Positions 38,301 through 52,463 of a stretch of DNA of 64,000 nucleotides are shown piece by piece. Positions within the stretch are counted from its first letter, which is position 1; each line of letters opens with the position of its first letter. The notes under the pieces are model-generated. The model had not been told where the DNA came from. It worked only from the letters and a program-made list of their open reading frames with translations, and did no database searches. Both the position numbers and the translations under genes were made by a program. Source of the DNA: Prorocentrum cordatum (Eukaryota); contig CAUYUJ010000052.1 in assembly GCA_963575745.1 (NCBI GenBank), forward strand, positions 1-64,000. The letters run 5' to 3'.

Positions 38301-41222
38301 ACAGTATCATCACAACAGCACTACCGTACGAACGAATACTATAACAGTGCTGCGACACTGCGGAAAAGGGGTATTCCTACTTCAGTGCTGTAGTATACTC
38401 ACTGCAGGCAATTATCGAGTACTACTCATACGACTGTTGTTCTATACTGATGCTGCTACAGCGCCACTACTGCAACAATATAGAACGATTCCCCAATAGT
38501 ACAGCACTCTTCCTATAGCACCACCACTAAAGCAATACAGTTCGAGGATACGACCAATGTGCTCAAGCACTACAGTAGCGGACGACTTCTACTACAACAT
38601 TGCAATGCGACTACTAATTCAAGCATCAACGTATGATACGGATTGCAAGACCTGGGTGCCACCACTGCAACTACAGGAGTAGCACAGTGCTGCCACAGCA
38701 TAAACATGTAATACCACGAGTGGCTTAGCATGGTATCGACGTACCACTCGTACAGTACTAGGGTACCTGCAGTACTACTGCTACGTACTGTGCTACGACT
38801 ATTTCTGAGTCGCCACTACAACACTGAAACAACACTACAGCAATCCGACACTACCGCGGCATTGTAGTCCTACTGCAAGCATGTAGCACGATCGCTGCAG
38901 GCATTCGTTGAATACTACCCATACGCATACTGTACCATCGTACTGCTTCTACAGTACCACTACTATAACAGCGGAGTGCGATTCCCCGATAGTGCAGCAC
39001 TCTCCCTGCGGCACTGCCACTAAAGCACTAGAGCTCGAGCATACTATTGCTGTGCTTGAGTACTAAAATTAATGAGTTGCCCCACTACAAACGACAGTGC
39101 GACTGGTAAAACAAGTGCTAGAGTATGATATTTACCGCACGGCCTGAGAAGTAGTAGTAGTTGTTGCTGCTGCTGCTGTACTTGCAGTAGTAGTACAAGT
39201 ACTACAAACCACTGCGACTATTACGACTACGACTACGACTACAACTACTACTACCAGATACTACAATGCTGCCACACAAGTAATGTAATACTAATACGGT
39301 AGTTCCATAATGCTGCCGTCGTAGAACACTGCGATTTGAACAGCACTACAATTCTAGTACTACGGCAGTCAGTACTACAGCACTGTCATTGCAATACAAG
39401 AGTAGTACTACCACGTACTACTGCACGACTGTTAATGCAGGACTGTAGCAGTAGAGTGCTCCTACGTTAGTACCCTCGTGCATCTGGCGGCCATGGAAGG
39501 GGAGGAGGAAAGATGCGGAGTCTCCTCCGTGTTCCCCCGCCTCTCCTCCCGTCTCCCTCCTGGGTCTTGGGGCAACGGGACAGGGGGGAGGATGCAAGGC
39601 CCCCCCGTCTCCGTAGGCTTGGGCGTGGTCGCCGTCGTCCCTCCTCCGCCTCCTCCTCCTCCTCCTCCTTCTCCCCCCTGGAAGGTGGGGGCGGGATTCC
39701 TCCCCCCCACCAGAACGGGCCGTAAAGAGGAGGAAGGTTCACTTGGTCACGAACTATAGACATCGAGGTTCGCATAGTCGAGGTCGTTATTACGCGGCCA
39801 ACCCAGCGAGGTTCGCACCGCTAGGTTCCCAAGTCAAAAACTCAGGGAAGGCGAACAACACAAACCTTCAAAGGCATGGGAGGAACAGGCCAGGACCCAC
39901 ATACGTACATACATACATACATACATACAGACAGACATACATATATGCATATATACATACATGCATACATACATGCGGACGTACAACTATACAAAAACAT
40001 ACACCTATCAATATACATATAATGTACACATACGTATACACACAACCATACATGCATGCATGCATGACTGTAGACATCAGAGCGAGGGGGCCGAGAGGTC
40101 ATTCATTGTCCCTGGGTGCGTGGCTGAAGTGAGGATCCATGGTGGGGATTATGCTTTGTGTTGTTGTCGTCGTCCCCCCCGCGACCCGCCCGCGACCCAC
40201 TCGCGATCCACCCCGCGACCCACCCCGCGACCCACCCCGCCCACCCGCGACCCATACGCGACCCATCCGCGACCCAACCGCGACCCGGTCCACGACCAAC
40301 CCGCGACCCGCCCTCGACCCACCCGCGACCCACCCCCCGATCCACCCACATTGCTATAACGAAAAAGTCAGCGCCTGCGGCGGGCTCACTGCATAATTAG
40401 TTAAAGTTAGGCGCCTGCGGCGGGCTTCTTCAGAGCCTCGCAGACTGACGACGCCCTCGCCGCCCCCGCACTCTTATCCGCAACTGCGGGGTGCTACGTA
40501 TACATACATACATGGATGCACTCATGAACGCATGCACACTTACGTACTTCTAACCATCCATAAATACATACATAAATACATACAACCATGTCTACGTGCA
40601 GACGCTCATACTCACATAAATATATACATGCATTCATACATGCATACATCTATACACACATGCATACATACATACATACATACATACATACGTACATGCA
40701 TACATACATACATGCATGCATGCATACATACATACAAGCAGACATCCATGCTTACATTAATGAACACGTGCAAGTGTACATGCATAAACGCATGCAGACT
40801 TGGACACGTACAACTTTACACACATATAATACATACATGCATAGTTGTATACATCCTACACATGTCATCTCAAACATGCTTAGACACGTACATCAATTCA
40901 TTCATACGTGCAAATATACATACATACATACATACATACATACACTCATACACATACATTCATGTACACATAGACATACCTATACACACATGCATACATA
41001 CATACATACATGCATGCAGGCATACAAACACGTGTGCATGCATGTATGTATACACACATACACATACACACAAACATACATTCAGCCACGCATGCATGCA
41101 TGCACACATGCATACATACATACATAACTACAACCATACGGACGGACGGACGGACAGACGTACAGAAAACACAGATGCACGCATACACACAATCATACAT
41201 GCATGCAGTCATGCATGCGAAC

Positions 41223-41260
<38 letters not shown>

Positions 41261-44200
41261 TACAACCATCGCGCGCGCTTCGCGCGCGCTCATGTTCTAG
41301 CTCGGCTTGACAGGCTAACTCATGTAATACCAGTTTGGTCGCTCCTTGCGTCCAGGGACTACCTTGGAGGCCCTGCGCAAGCCACGGAATCTTATAGAAG
41401 GGGAAGTGCGGAAACGCAGAAATCATTACTTTCCTTCAGGTGTTCAAATATTTGGGTCCCTCAAAAGCTTCCTGGGTTCTTTTCGTTGGAGGTGAGGGGG
41501 TCTAAATTCTGATCTGTTGTGCAAGAATAAATCGGGGGCCAAACTTGAGAACAAAAAAAAGGAATTGTGGGATTTCTATTTTTTCCAGTTCCTCGGCGCT
41601 GTTCGGCGCTGTTTTTTGTTTGTGCCTCGCGGGTTTTGCTAGCCGGGCCCCCCAGGGGTGTGGGATCTTCCGGACCCCCTGGAGTATCTGGAGGCCTCCT
41701 GGAGGCCTGGAGAGCCGTCGGAAGGGTCTCTCGGGCTGCGCGGGAGCGTGTTGGGTCGTTCTCTACGTTCCGGGGGCTGGTCGTCCTGGGCTGTCCTCAG
41801 GCGTCTTGGGGGTCCCCCGGGAAGCCAGGAGGCGCGGTACCGGCCAGATGTCAGGGGATGCGTGGGATCTCCGAGCAGGAGTCCCACTTTGAAAAAAGAA
41901 AGGGAATTCTGGAAATTCCGTTTTTCCCAACCATCCTGTGGTGTTGGGTCCTCGTTTTGAAGAGACAGCGCCCCGCGTCCCACCTTCCTTCCTCCTCCTC
42001 CCCCCTCCTCCTACCCCTCCTCCCTCCTCCCCGTCATTGGCTCTGCTCTCGGCACACCCCTCACACGCTTCGTAGCCTCATAGGGAGCTCCACCGAAGGT
42101 CCCAGTGGCGCAGCCCGCATGCGGTTCCCCAACCCAGGGCAGCGTTTCGTAGCCCCATAGGGAGCTCCACCGAAGGTCCCAGTGGCACAGCCCGCATGCG
42201 GTTCCCCCACCCAGGGCAGCGTTTCGTGGCCCCATAGGGAGCTCCACCGAAGGTCCCAATGGTACAGCCCGCATGCAGTTCCCCCTACCCGGGGCAGCGT
42301 TTCGTAGTCCCATAGGGAGCTCTACCGAAGGTCCCAGTGGCACAGCCCGCATGCGGTTCCCCCTACCCAGGGCAGCGTTTTGTGGTCCCATAGGGAGCTC
42401 CACCGAAGGTCCCAATGGTACAGCCCGCATGCGGTTCCCCCACCTGGGGCAGCGTTTCGTAGTCCCATAGGGAGCTCCACCGAAGGTCCCAGTAGCACAG
42501 CCCGCATGCGGTTCCCCCACCCAGGGCAGCGTTTCGTGGCCCCATAGGGAGCTCCACCGAAGGTCCCAGTGGCACAGCCCGCATGCGGTTCCCCCACCCA
42601 GGGCAGCGTTTCGTGGCCCCATAAGGGCTCCAGCCCAATGGCACAGCCCGACAGGGTCCCCCCATAGTGGGTCCCACAGCCCGCATGCGGTTCCCCCACC
42701 CACCGGGCAGCGTTTCGTGGTCCCATAGGGAGCTCCACCGAAGGTCCCAGTGGCACAGCCCGCATGCGGTTCCCCCTGCACAGGGCAGCGCTTCGTAGCC
42801 CCATAGGGAGCTCCACCGAAGGTCCCAGTGGCACAGCCCGCATGCGGTTCCCCCAGGGAAGGTCCCAGGCACAGCCCGCATGCGGTTCCCCCACCCGGGC
42901 AGGCGTTTCGTGGTCCCATAGGGAGCTCCACCCCAGTGGCCCGCATGCAGTCCCCCTTTCGTCCCCAGGGAGCTCCACCGAAGGCCCCAGCCATGCGGTT
43001 CCCCCACCCAGGGCAGCGTTTCGTGGCCCCATAGGGAGCTCCACCGAAGGCCCCAGTGGGGGTGTTCGCATGCGGTTCCCCCACCCAGGGCAGCGTTTCG
43101 TAGCCCCATAGGGAGCTCCACCGAAGGCCCCAGTGGGGGTGTTCGCATGCGGTTCCCCCACCCAGGGCAGCGTTTCGTGGCCCCATAGGGAGCTCCACCG
43201 AAGGCCCCAGTGGGGGTGTTCGCATGCGGTTCCCCCACCCAGGGCAGCGTTTCGTAGCCCCATAGGGAGCCCGAAGGTCCCAGTGGCACAGCCCGCAGGC
43301 GGTAGGGCAGCGTGTGGCCCCATAAGGAGCTCCACCAAAGGTCCCAATGGCACAGCCCGCGTGCGGTTCCCCCACCCAGGGTAGCGTTTCGTAGCCCCAT
43401 AGGGAGCTCCACCGAAGGTCCCAGTGGCACAGCCCGCATGCGGTCCCCCACCCAGGGCAGCGTTTCGTGGCCCCATAGGGAGCTCCACCGAAGGTCCCAG
43501 TGGCACAGCCCGCATGCGGTTCCCCCACCCAGGGCAGCGTTTCGTGGTCCCATAGGGAGCTCCACCGAAGGTCCCAGTGGCACAGCCCGCATGCGGTTCC
43601 CCCACCCAGGGCAGCGTTCGTGGCCCCATAGGGAGCTCCACCGAAGGTCCCAGTGGCACAGCCCGCATGCGGTTCCCCCACCCAGGGCAGCGTTTCGGCC
43701 CCATAGGGAGCTCCACCGAAGGTCCCAGTGGCACAGCCCGCATGCGGTTCCCCCACCCAGGGCAGCGTTTCGTAGCCCCATAGGGAGCTCCACCGAAGGT
43801 CCCAGTGGTACAGCCCGCATGCGGTTCCCCCACCCAGGGCAGCGTTTCGTAGGCCCCATAGGGAGCTCCACCGAAGGTCCCAGTGGCACAGCCCGCATGC
43901 GGTTCCCCCACCCAGGGCAGCGTTTCGTGGCCCCATAGGGAGCTCCACCGAAGGTCCCAGTGGCACAGCCCGCATGCGGTTCCCCCACTCACGGGCAGCG
44001 TTTCGTGGCCCCATAGGGAGCTCCACCGAAGGTCCCAGTGGCACAGCCCGCATGCGTTTCCCCCACCCAGGGTAGCGTTTCGTAGCCCCATAGGGAACTC
44101 TACCGAAGGTCCCAGTGGCACAGCCCGCATGCGGTTCCCCTACCCAGGGCAGCGTTTTGTGGTCCCATAGGGAGCTCCACCGAAGGTCCCAATGGTACAG

Positions 44201-47200
44201 CCCGCATGCGGTTCCCCCACCCGGGGCAGCGTTTCGTAGTCCCATAGGGAGCTCCACCGAAGGTCCAAGTGGCACAGCCCGCATCTCCACCGAAGGTCCC
44301 AGTGGCTCAGCCCGCATGCGATTCTCTCACCCAGGGCAGCGCTTCGTGGCCCCATAGGGAGCTCCACCGAAGGCCGCAGTGCGCATGCGCCCCCCCCCAC
44401 CCAGGGCATCGCTTCGTGGCATAGGTAGCTCCCCTGAAGGTCCCAGTGGCGCAGTTCGCATGCGCCCCCCCCCCCCCACCCAGTACAGCGTCTCGTGGCC
44501 CCATAGGGAGCTCCACCGAAGGTCCCAGTGGCACAGTTCGCATGCGTCCCCCCCGCCCAGTACAGCGCTTCGTGGCCCCATACGGGGCTCCCCCGAATGC
44601 GATACCCACAACTGCATATGGTTGGGTCCTTCGCCAGGCTAATTTTTTCTCAAAATCCTCGATCTTCTAGGGTTGGAAGCGGGAAAACATGAGAAGGCGG
44701 AAAACATTAGAAAAACCATTGGAAATCAACGATGATACCCTCTTTGGGCTCTCTCGGGACTGCTCTCGCAGCTCTCTTGGGCTGTTCTTGGAGCATCGTC
44801 GGGGTCATTTTGGGGCCTCTCAGGGATCGTGGATGTGTTGGGGCGTCTGGGGGGCCCGGAGGCCTCTGGAAGCCTCCTGCTCCCGCTCTTGGGCCCATCT
44901 TGGGCCCGTTCTGGGGTCACCTGGGAGCCTCGAGAGCCGTCGGAAGGCTGACTTGAGCTGCTTGGGAGCGTCTTGGGCCATCCTTTCGCATTCTGAACGC
45001 TCCTGGGAGGCGTCTTTTGGCCCCTCCTGGAGCGCTGTGGAGGCTCCCCAGAAAGGCCGGAGGAGCGGTACCGGGAGCTTTCCCGAGGTGTGGGACCCAG
45101 GGCCGGGGGGGGGGTCCATATTTAAATGATTAACATAATGATTAATACTAGTATCATTACCTTTATCATTCGTAATAATATTATTAACATTATTATAACA
45201 TGATTATTACTAGTAGTATTAGTAGTATTCTTAGTATTATTATTATTGTTGCTATTATTGTTGTCATTATTGTGATTACTATTATTAGTATTAATATCGA
45301 TATGAGTATTACTAGTATTACTAGTATTAGTATGATCATCAGTGTTATTAGTAGTAGTATGAATATTATGTTTATTCTTATTATAAATAGATGTATGAGT
45401 CGAATTCGAATTATTATTGTGATTATCACTATTATCCGATATAATATTATATATACACACACTGGCCTACGGACTATCCTGCCACGGTGCCCGGATGTGC
45501 GAGGCCTCTCGGGTGTTCGTCGGTACCCCGTTAGAAGCCTCGTCGGGGCCATTTTGGAGCTTCTTGGGGCCTCCTTCGGGCCTCGCGGGGGCCTCTCGGG
45601 GGCCTCGTGGTGCTTCTTCGGGGCCTCTTAGGGCCTCCTGGGGGCCTGTGGGGGCGAAAGGTCTTGGGCACCTCTCGCGGCCGCTCTGGGGCCCTTATTG
45701 GGTCGTCTTTGGGGGCCTCTAATGCCGCCCTGGGGCCCTCTCGGGTCGCCTTGGGGCTCCCAGGGAAGCATCTGACTCCGTCCTTGGGGTTTCTTGGAGG
45801 CCTCCTGGGCCTTCGCGGGGCGGTCTGGGGAGCCTCTTGAGCCGTCGTGGAGCGTTGGAAACTCCAAAAGGCTTGAACGCAAAAATGCTTCAAAGCCTCA
45901 TGAAGATCATTCATTTGGGCCTCTTGGGGTGCTCGTGGAGGTCCTGTTGGAGTCTTCTTGGGCCGCCTTGGGGGACTCTTGGGCCGTCCAGCAAGCTTCC
46001 TGGGCAGTCTGAAGCTATTGGAGGCCGTCTTCGGGGCAGCTCGGGGCAGTCTCGGGTTGGCCATCGCTCGGACGTCCGTTCCCTGTGTTTTTGTTCGGTT
46101 TCCTGCGCGGGTTTTTCGCCAAAAAGGATCAAGGATGCTCCTCGATGGTCCTCGCCGAGAAAAAAATATGCACACGTCCGAGCGATGCCAGGTGGGCCGT
46201 CGGGGCGGCCGCCCGATCGCTCCGCGGGCTGCTCGGCGGCCCCCCGACGGCGGACCCCGGCCCGGAGCCCGGCGGCCGCGTCGCAGACGCGCGGCGGGGG
46301 ATCCCCGGGGAGCACCTGCACGCTCGGGGCCCGGCGGCCGCGGTGTGCCAGGCGCGCCAGGCGGGGCGGGGAACCCACCAAGCTTCAGGTCGGGCCTGTC
46401 CCCCCTATTGGGCGCCCGAATTATCCGGGGTAACTCGGGTCCGGGGTAACTCGGGTTCGGAGTCCCGAAGAAGGAACCCGAGTTATCCCTGACCCGAGTT
46501 ACCCCTGATGATTCGGGGCTCTTGGACGCCCGATTCATCCGGGGTAACTCGGGTCCGGGGTAACTCGGGTTCGGAATCCCGAAAAACGAACCCGAGTTAT
46601 CCCTGACCCGAGTTACCCCTGATGATTCGGGGCTCTTGGACGCCCGATTCATCCGGGGTAACTCGGGTCCGGGGTAACTCGGGTCTGGATTCCCGAAAAG
46701 CGAACCCGAGTTATCCCTGACCCGAGTTACCCCTGATGATTCGGGGCTCTGACCCCCTACAGGCGGATCTTGGGTGAAAAACCAAGCACTGTCACAAAAG
46801 ATTCAGCCATGCTCCAAAAACGGTCAAAACATAGTCCCAGGATGAATTACGTTTTCACTATGTTTGGATCTTCCTCCTGTAGAGGGACAGGCCCGACTTG
46901 AAGCAGGCTCCACCTGTCGGCTGGGAGATAAACCATCGCAGGTCCGCGCGGCGCATTTCTTCAATCGGCGCTGGAGTCCCCCTCCCTGGCGCGCGGAGAC
47001 CCGGGGACTCCGCTCACCCCTCCCAACCCCACAATTCTATGCTTGCGTACTTGACTTTAGGTCGGGCACGTCCCCCTACAGGTAGATTTTGGACGACAAA
47101 CGAACAGTGGTAAAAAAATATGCCCAAAATATTGAACAATGCTACAAAGATCGTTCCCCAGACTTTTCGTTTAAAACTAGTTTTGAGCATTCCCCCTGTA

Positions 47201-50200
47201 GAAAGACACGCCCGACTGAAACTCAATTGCTTGAGAATTTGGAGGCTCAGGAAGAGCCCCGAGGGGGCACAAAAACGGCCAGCGGAACACCTCTGGACGG
47301 CCAGCTGAGACTTTGCGGCGCGCACAAGGGGGTGGAGGGAGGGGGGTGGAGCTTCTTAGACGGAGTCTGCTTCTTAGAAGGCGCCGGCCTTACGTCCATA
47401 GACAAGGCCCGCGCCTTCTAAGAAGCAGGGTTGCTTCCAAGAAGCCCTCCCCCCTCTCCCCCTCCCCCTCTGCGCGTGGCTGAGAGACGGCAGCGACTCT
47501 CCCGCCCGACCACATCCACCCCAAATGGGTCCCCAGGCCCCACCTGGGAGCCATCCCTCGGCGGTGGACCAACCTCCCTTTAGGAAACCACCCCCTTTAG
47601 TGAAGACGGCCTACAGGACCGAAGCCGACGGACCTGGACCGGCAAAGACAACGGCCGTGACGCCCTCTCGCGAACCGAAAACGGCCCACTCACCAATCGA
47701 CGTGTCAGGGTAGGATCGGGCGTTGGCAGAACTGGGTTTCGTGGGACCTCGTTTCAATGATGTGTACTGGGGGACGCCCTCCAGCCCCATTCCACTAACC
47801 GGAACTGCCGTCACCCGAAGAAACACCAGCTGCGGCAGACCTGGTTTAGCGATTCTGGCCAATTTAGGGGCTCCAGGGCCCTACCGCTGAACGGGTCCCC
47901 TTACCTGGGGTCCTGGCTATACCCGACAGGAGGTCGATCAAACTCCGGATCCCGAGGCGCTTTTCGCTGCGGATGCAGCCCTGGCGACGCGAGGCCTCCT
48001 GGCGGCCCAGGAGAAGGCCGCCGGTGCCTCGACCGGCCTTTTTTCTTTGGGCCCCGTCGCCACGGCGGAATCCGCCTCGAGATCCTGGCGAGAATGCACT
48101 GCAGGACAGGCCTATCGGGGAGACGTAAGCAGGGAACCGAACTCTACACACCGACGCAGATTGCTGACCCTGCACCGCAATAATTTGCATAGGAAAGTGG
48201 ATCCTGGTGTATACGGGACCCTGGTGTACATGCTTTCCGTTGTTTTCCCAGGGAACGGATCAAAAACTATACACCACACCACCCCGACGTCGTCCCCGAC
48301 CCTCACAGAGTCCTGGGAATGAAAACAGCCCGCCACTGGTAATGTATGTGTTCCACTTTCCGAGTAAGACTCGGGTACGGGGGACTCCGATTGGCCCGAC
48401 GGGTCCATCACGAAAATGACGAGACCCCGTCTGAAATTTGACGCGAACTCCCGCTGCAAACATCCCACGAAAACTGGACCGTCAAAATCCATGACGCGCT
48501 CGTCAAAAAAGTCGGCAAACCCGAATTGTGGCTTACTCGAGTCTGACGTTTCCCCGAGTCTTGCTCGAACGCCGTCAGCCCAGATCCCCGACTTGGCGGA
48601 CCTCAGGCTGGCCAAGTAATTTCGAGCCCAACTCTGGCTCTGTCTGTCGTTCCACAGGGAGGCGCAAGAAGCGGCTGGACACTGCTTGAAACCGAAAGTG
48701 TCGCAGCTAACATTGCTAGCCTGGCCTTGACTTGCAAATTCGGTGGATGGGGGGAAGGATATAGGAGGGGCCCCACTCAGAGATATACGATGGGGGGCCG
48801 TCCATCCTCCATGGTGGTGAATGTGGCAGCCCCCTGGGGATGTATCTTCGAACTCACTGCGTTTCTAAGCGTGCAAAATGTTGCGGGAACCTCGGAGATT
48901 GGGTGCGCTGGATCGCCGGCGACCTCATCCTGTGACGCCTTCCCTGTCTTTCGCAAATGCTCATCCTCTCATCCTCATCCTCCTACTGACAACCCAGGCA
49001 TCGAATATCTTGAAAAGCCGCGTTTCGTTCTCACACTTTCCAACCTGCGGAACCGATTGTCGGGCACCCGCTCCGTCAGACAAGCACTCAGAGTTGAAAA
49101 GCCTGCCCTGGAGCGAGGATTGAGACCGCATCGAACAAATGACGACATCGGATCTCTGGACCCCGGCCCCTGTACTGGGATGGGTCGCCCCCCCCCCCCC
49201 CCCACCTCTGACGTACCCTAAGGGATGTCTTGCGCATGCCAACAATGTTTGCGCATACCACAACCAAAGTGATCGTGTCGAAGTCGGTGAGTTCTCCCCC
49301 CGAGGGGCCCTCCAGAAAAAAAACACTTGTCGTTGTGGCTGTGGCTCCTTGGATAAGGATGCAGGGGCCTTGGACGCCCATTTCGAGGCTCTTCGAGCGG
49401 AGCGCGGCCAACGAAAGTGGCCAAGGATGGACCGAGGAGGCAAGGATGCAAAGGTACCCTTGGGAAGGTTGCCCATCCTTACTATGCGGGTTGACGAGTC
49501 GGATTGAGCGAGCCGAAACAACCAATGTCGAATCAGCTCGATCGTGTCGAAGTGAACCCTGGTCGGAGGTCTGGGTTACGCGCGGCGCGACCGCGGTCCA
49601 CGGCGTCCAGTTCGCACTTCACCAGGACTCGGTCCTGCGGCAGGCTGGGATCGCACGGCCTGGACTGCTGCCACACTCGCAACGCGCATCAATTATCATA
49701 TTTGCCATGGCTGCCCATGGTCTCCATCATATTGCTGCCCATGACACTACCAGGACGCCCGTTGCGATTGTGCGGCTGCCTACTGCCGCTTCGGTATCTG
49801 CCGCCGCTGCGGCTGTTCCCTCTGTCGCTACCTTGCCTGCTACCTGGCCATAGCATATGGCGGCCGCTGTCAGAGGTAGCAGCCAAGGTAGCCTGGCTTT
49901 GAGCGGCAACCACAACAATGCGGATGCATGATACGATCACCACAAGCAGGCAGCAACGTTGCTGCTGCTACCATCGCTGTCGTTGCTCGTGCTGCGATCT
50001 CTACCACCAGAACTACCACCACCATTCCTTCAACGACGAATGATAGTAGTGCGATTGCAATTACTGCAACATGCACCACCCTCACCGATGGCCGCACTAG
50101 AAACTAGGATTACCAAGAGTATTAGTTCCCCGTACTGCTACACTTACGGGACTGCAGATTGTGGCGGCGAATACGAGTGATGCTCCTAGTCTGGCTGTTG

Positions 50201-52421
50201 AGGCTGTTTTCGCGACCGCAAGCAGCAGCCCCTCGGTGAGATGCAATACCACTATGGTGACGATCGCAAGCGCCACTACGCCTGCTAATTCTATAATGCA
50301 CCTCCCGTTAATTCCCGAAAAAAAGCGAAGTCGCCAGTAACATGCACGCGGCCGGCTGCTTCACCGAGTCAGCACTTGGCAGAACAGCGACAACAGGGCG
50401 AACCTGCTGCCGAGAGCGCTGCCAACATGGGCGTGGATGACGCATGCGGGCGGTGGCGCTGGGGCCTTCGGTGGAGCTCCCGCTGGGGCCACGAAGCGTG
50501 TGAGCGGTGTGCCGAAATTTGTGTGCGTGACGCATGCGGACGGTGCCACTGGGGCCTTCGGTGGAGCTCCCTGTGGGGCCACGAAATGTGTGAGGGGTGT
50601 GCCGAAATGGGTGTGAAATGTGTAATGGGTGCCGAAATAAGTGTGCCGGAGGCATTTCAAGCTGCGAAGCTGTGGAGGCAAACCGCTGGGGCCCTTGCCG
50701 TGCGGCACGGCCGCGGCGCAGGGCCGGTCGCGGCCGCGCTCGAGAGCTTGACAGAGCTGCAGCTCTGGTCCGACTCGAGCGTTGGACTGCTGTGCCAGCC
50801 GCGCCCGAGGGTTGTTGCCCTGCCCAGATGCCCCTGCAGGACACGCGAACGGTGCTGGTGGAGGCGTGGTCCCAGCGCGAGGACCGGCGCCTAGCCAGCA
50901 GGCGCGCTGACTTCCAGCACGTCGACGTTGGCGCCGATCGCTGGGCAACGAGGCGGCCCCTGACCAGCGGCTCGCTGGCGGCAAACGCCGCGGGGGCTCT
51001 GCGCGCGGTGCTCGCAGGCAAAGTGATCACCGAGTCCGTTGCAACGAAGTGTGGGCGGCCTGCCTCTTGCCCGCACTGCGGCGCGCCCGTGGAGGACCTC
51101 GAGCACCGCATGTGGATCTGCCCGCGCTGGGAGCCCGAGCGCCGAGCGGCGATGCAGCCAAAGGGTTTCACTGCGGAGGCCGCCCGCGCCTGCCTGCCTC
51201 CCGAGGCAATGCGCACTGGCGTCTTGCACCGGAACCCTCGTTTGGCTGTCCTCACGGAGGTGGCGCGGCTGCCCTTGTCGCTGCCCGCGCCCCCCGACCC
51301 GCTGGCCGGCTTCCCAGCCACGTCGCAGCGCAGGCCCCGCGCCTGGGCGGACGGCTCCTGCGAGCGCCCGGGCGACCCCCTCCTCGCCAGAGCTGGCTGG
51401 GGCGTCCGGCGTCCGCATCGAGGACGGCGCCGGGGGCCACGCGGACCGCCATGGCCCCGTCGATGGAGCGCAAGCCGCCCAGCGCGCAGAAGCCTGGGCG
51501 TGCGTGCAGGCGCTGCACTTGGCGGGTGGCTGCGTGGAGGTGGTCACCGACTCCCGCTTCGTCAGCCGCTGGGTCGCAGCGCTCCAGGGCGGCGCCAGCC
51601 CGGCTGACTGGGCGCACGCACACTTGTGGGAGGCAGTCGCCCCGCAATGCCGCAGCGGGGTGCTGCACGCCCGCTGGGTCAAGGCGCACCTCGACGCCGA
51701 CTAGGCGCGCGAACGCGGCATGTCCGAAGAGGGCCGCGCGGGAAACGCAGAAGCAGACCGCCTGGCGGGGCTGGCCGCCGAGGCGCGAATGCCTGCGACC
51801 GCGTTGCGCCAGGAGCGCCAGCGGCAGCTCGACGCGTTAGCCGCGGTGCAGAGGGTGATGGCGTTCATGCGCCGCGCGGCGCCGCGGGGCCGCGCGTTCG
51901 GCATCGCTGGACGGCGCCGCGTGCCTCGCGGCCTCGCCAGGCCCCGCTGGACGCCGCGGTTCGCTCGCTGTTCGCCAGCCACGCCTGGCGGCCGCACGCG
52001 GCGCCCCAAGGGCCAAGATGGGTCGCTTGCCTCCGCTGCGCCGGGTGTGTCAAGCAAAGGCGCGGGTTGGCGAAGTGACCGTGCGCCGGCTGGGTTCAGA
52101 CGCTGCCACCGCGTGCGGCGGGCCTGCTGCTGCTGCCCGCGGCCCGCGCCGGTGGCGCCGAGGCCGACTGGCGGGCGGCGCTTCGGGCGCGGCTCGCCAC
52201 GCGTCCCGGCGCGCCCGAGGCGCCAGGCTAATTAATTGAATTGGCGACGCCACCGCTGGCGCAGGTGCGGGCCGCGCGCTCGACGCAACCCCCTCTTCCT
52301 CCTCCTCCTCCTCCTCCTCCTCCTCCTCCTCCTCCTCCTCCTCCTCCTCCTCCTCCTCGTCCTCCTCGTCCTCCTCGTCCTCCTCGCCCTCCTCCTCCGC
52401 CTCCTCCTCCTCCTCCTCCTA

Positions 52422-52463
<42 letters not shown>

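Noticed and set aside
40532..41512. 326-aa His/Thr/Tyr/Ile-rich ORF
   Set aside because: Translation of a (CATA)n tract.
42011..44317. 768-aa, 602-aa and 541-aa overlapping ORFs with repeated GGAPYGATKRCPG
   Set aside because: These translate the 77-bp satellite. The unit is not a multiple of 3, so all frames cycle through the same peptides.
42060..44620. CRISPR-like array
   Set aside because: Whole units are repeated with no unique spacers, there are no cas genes, and the context is eukaryotic.
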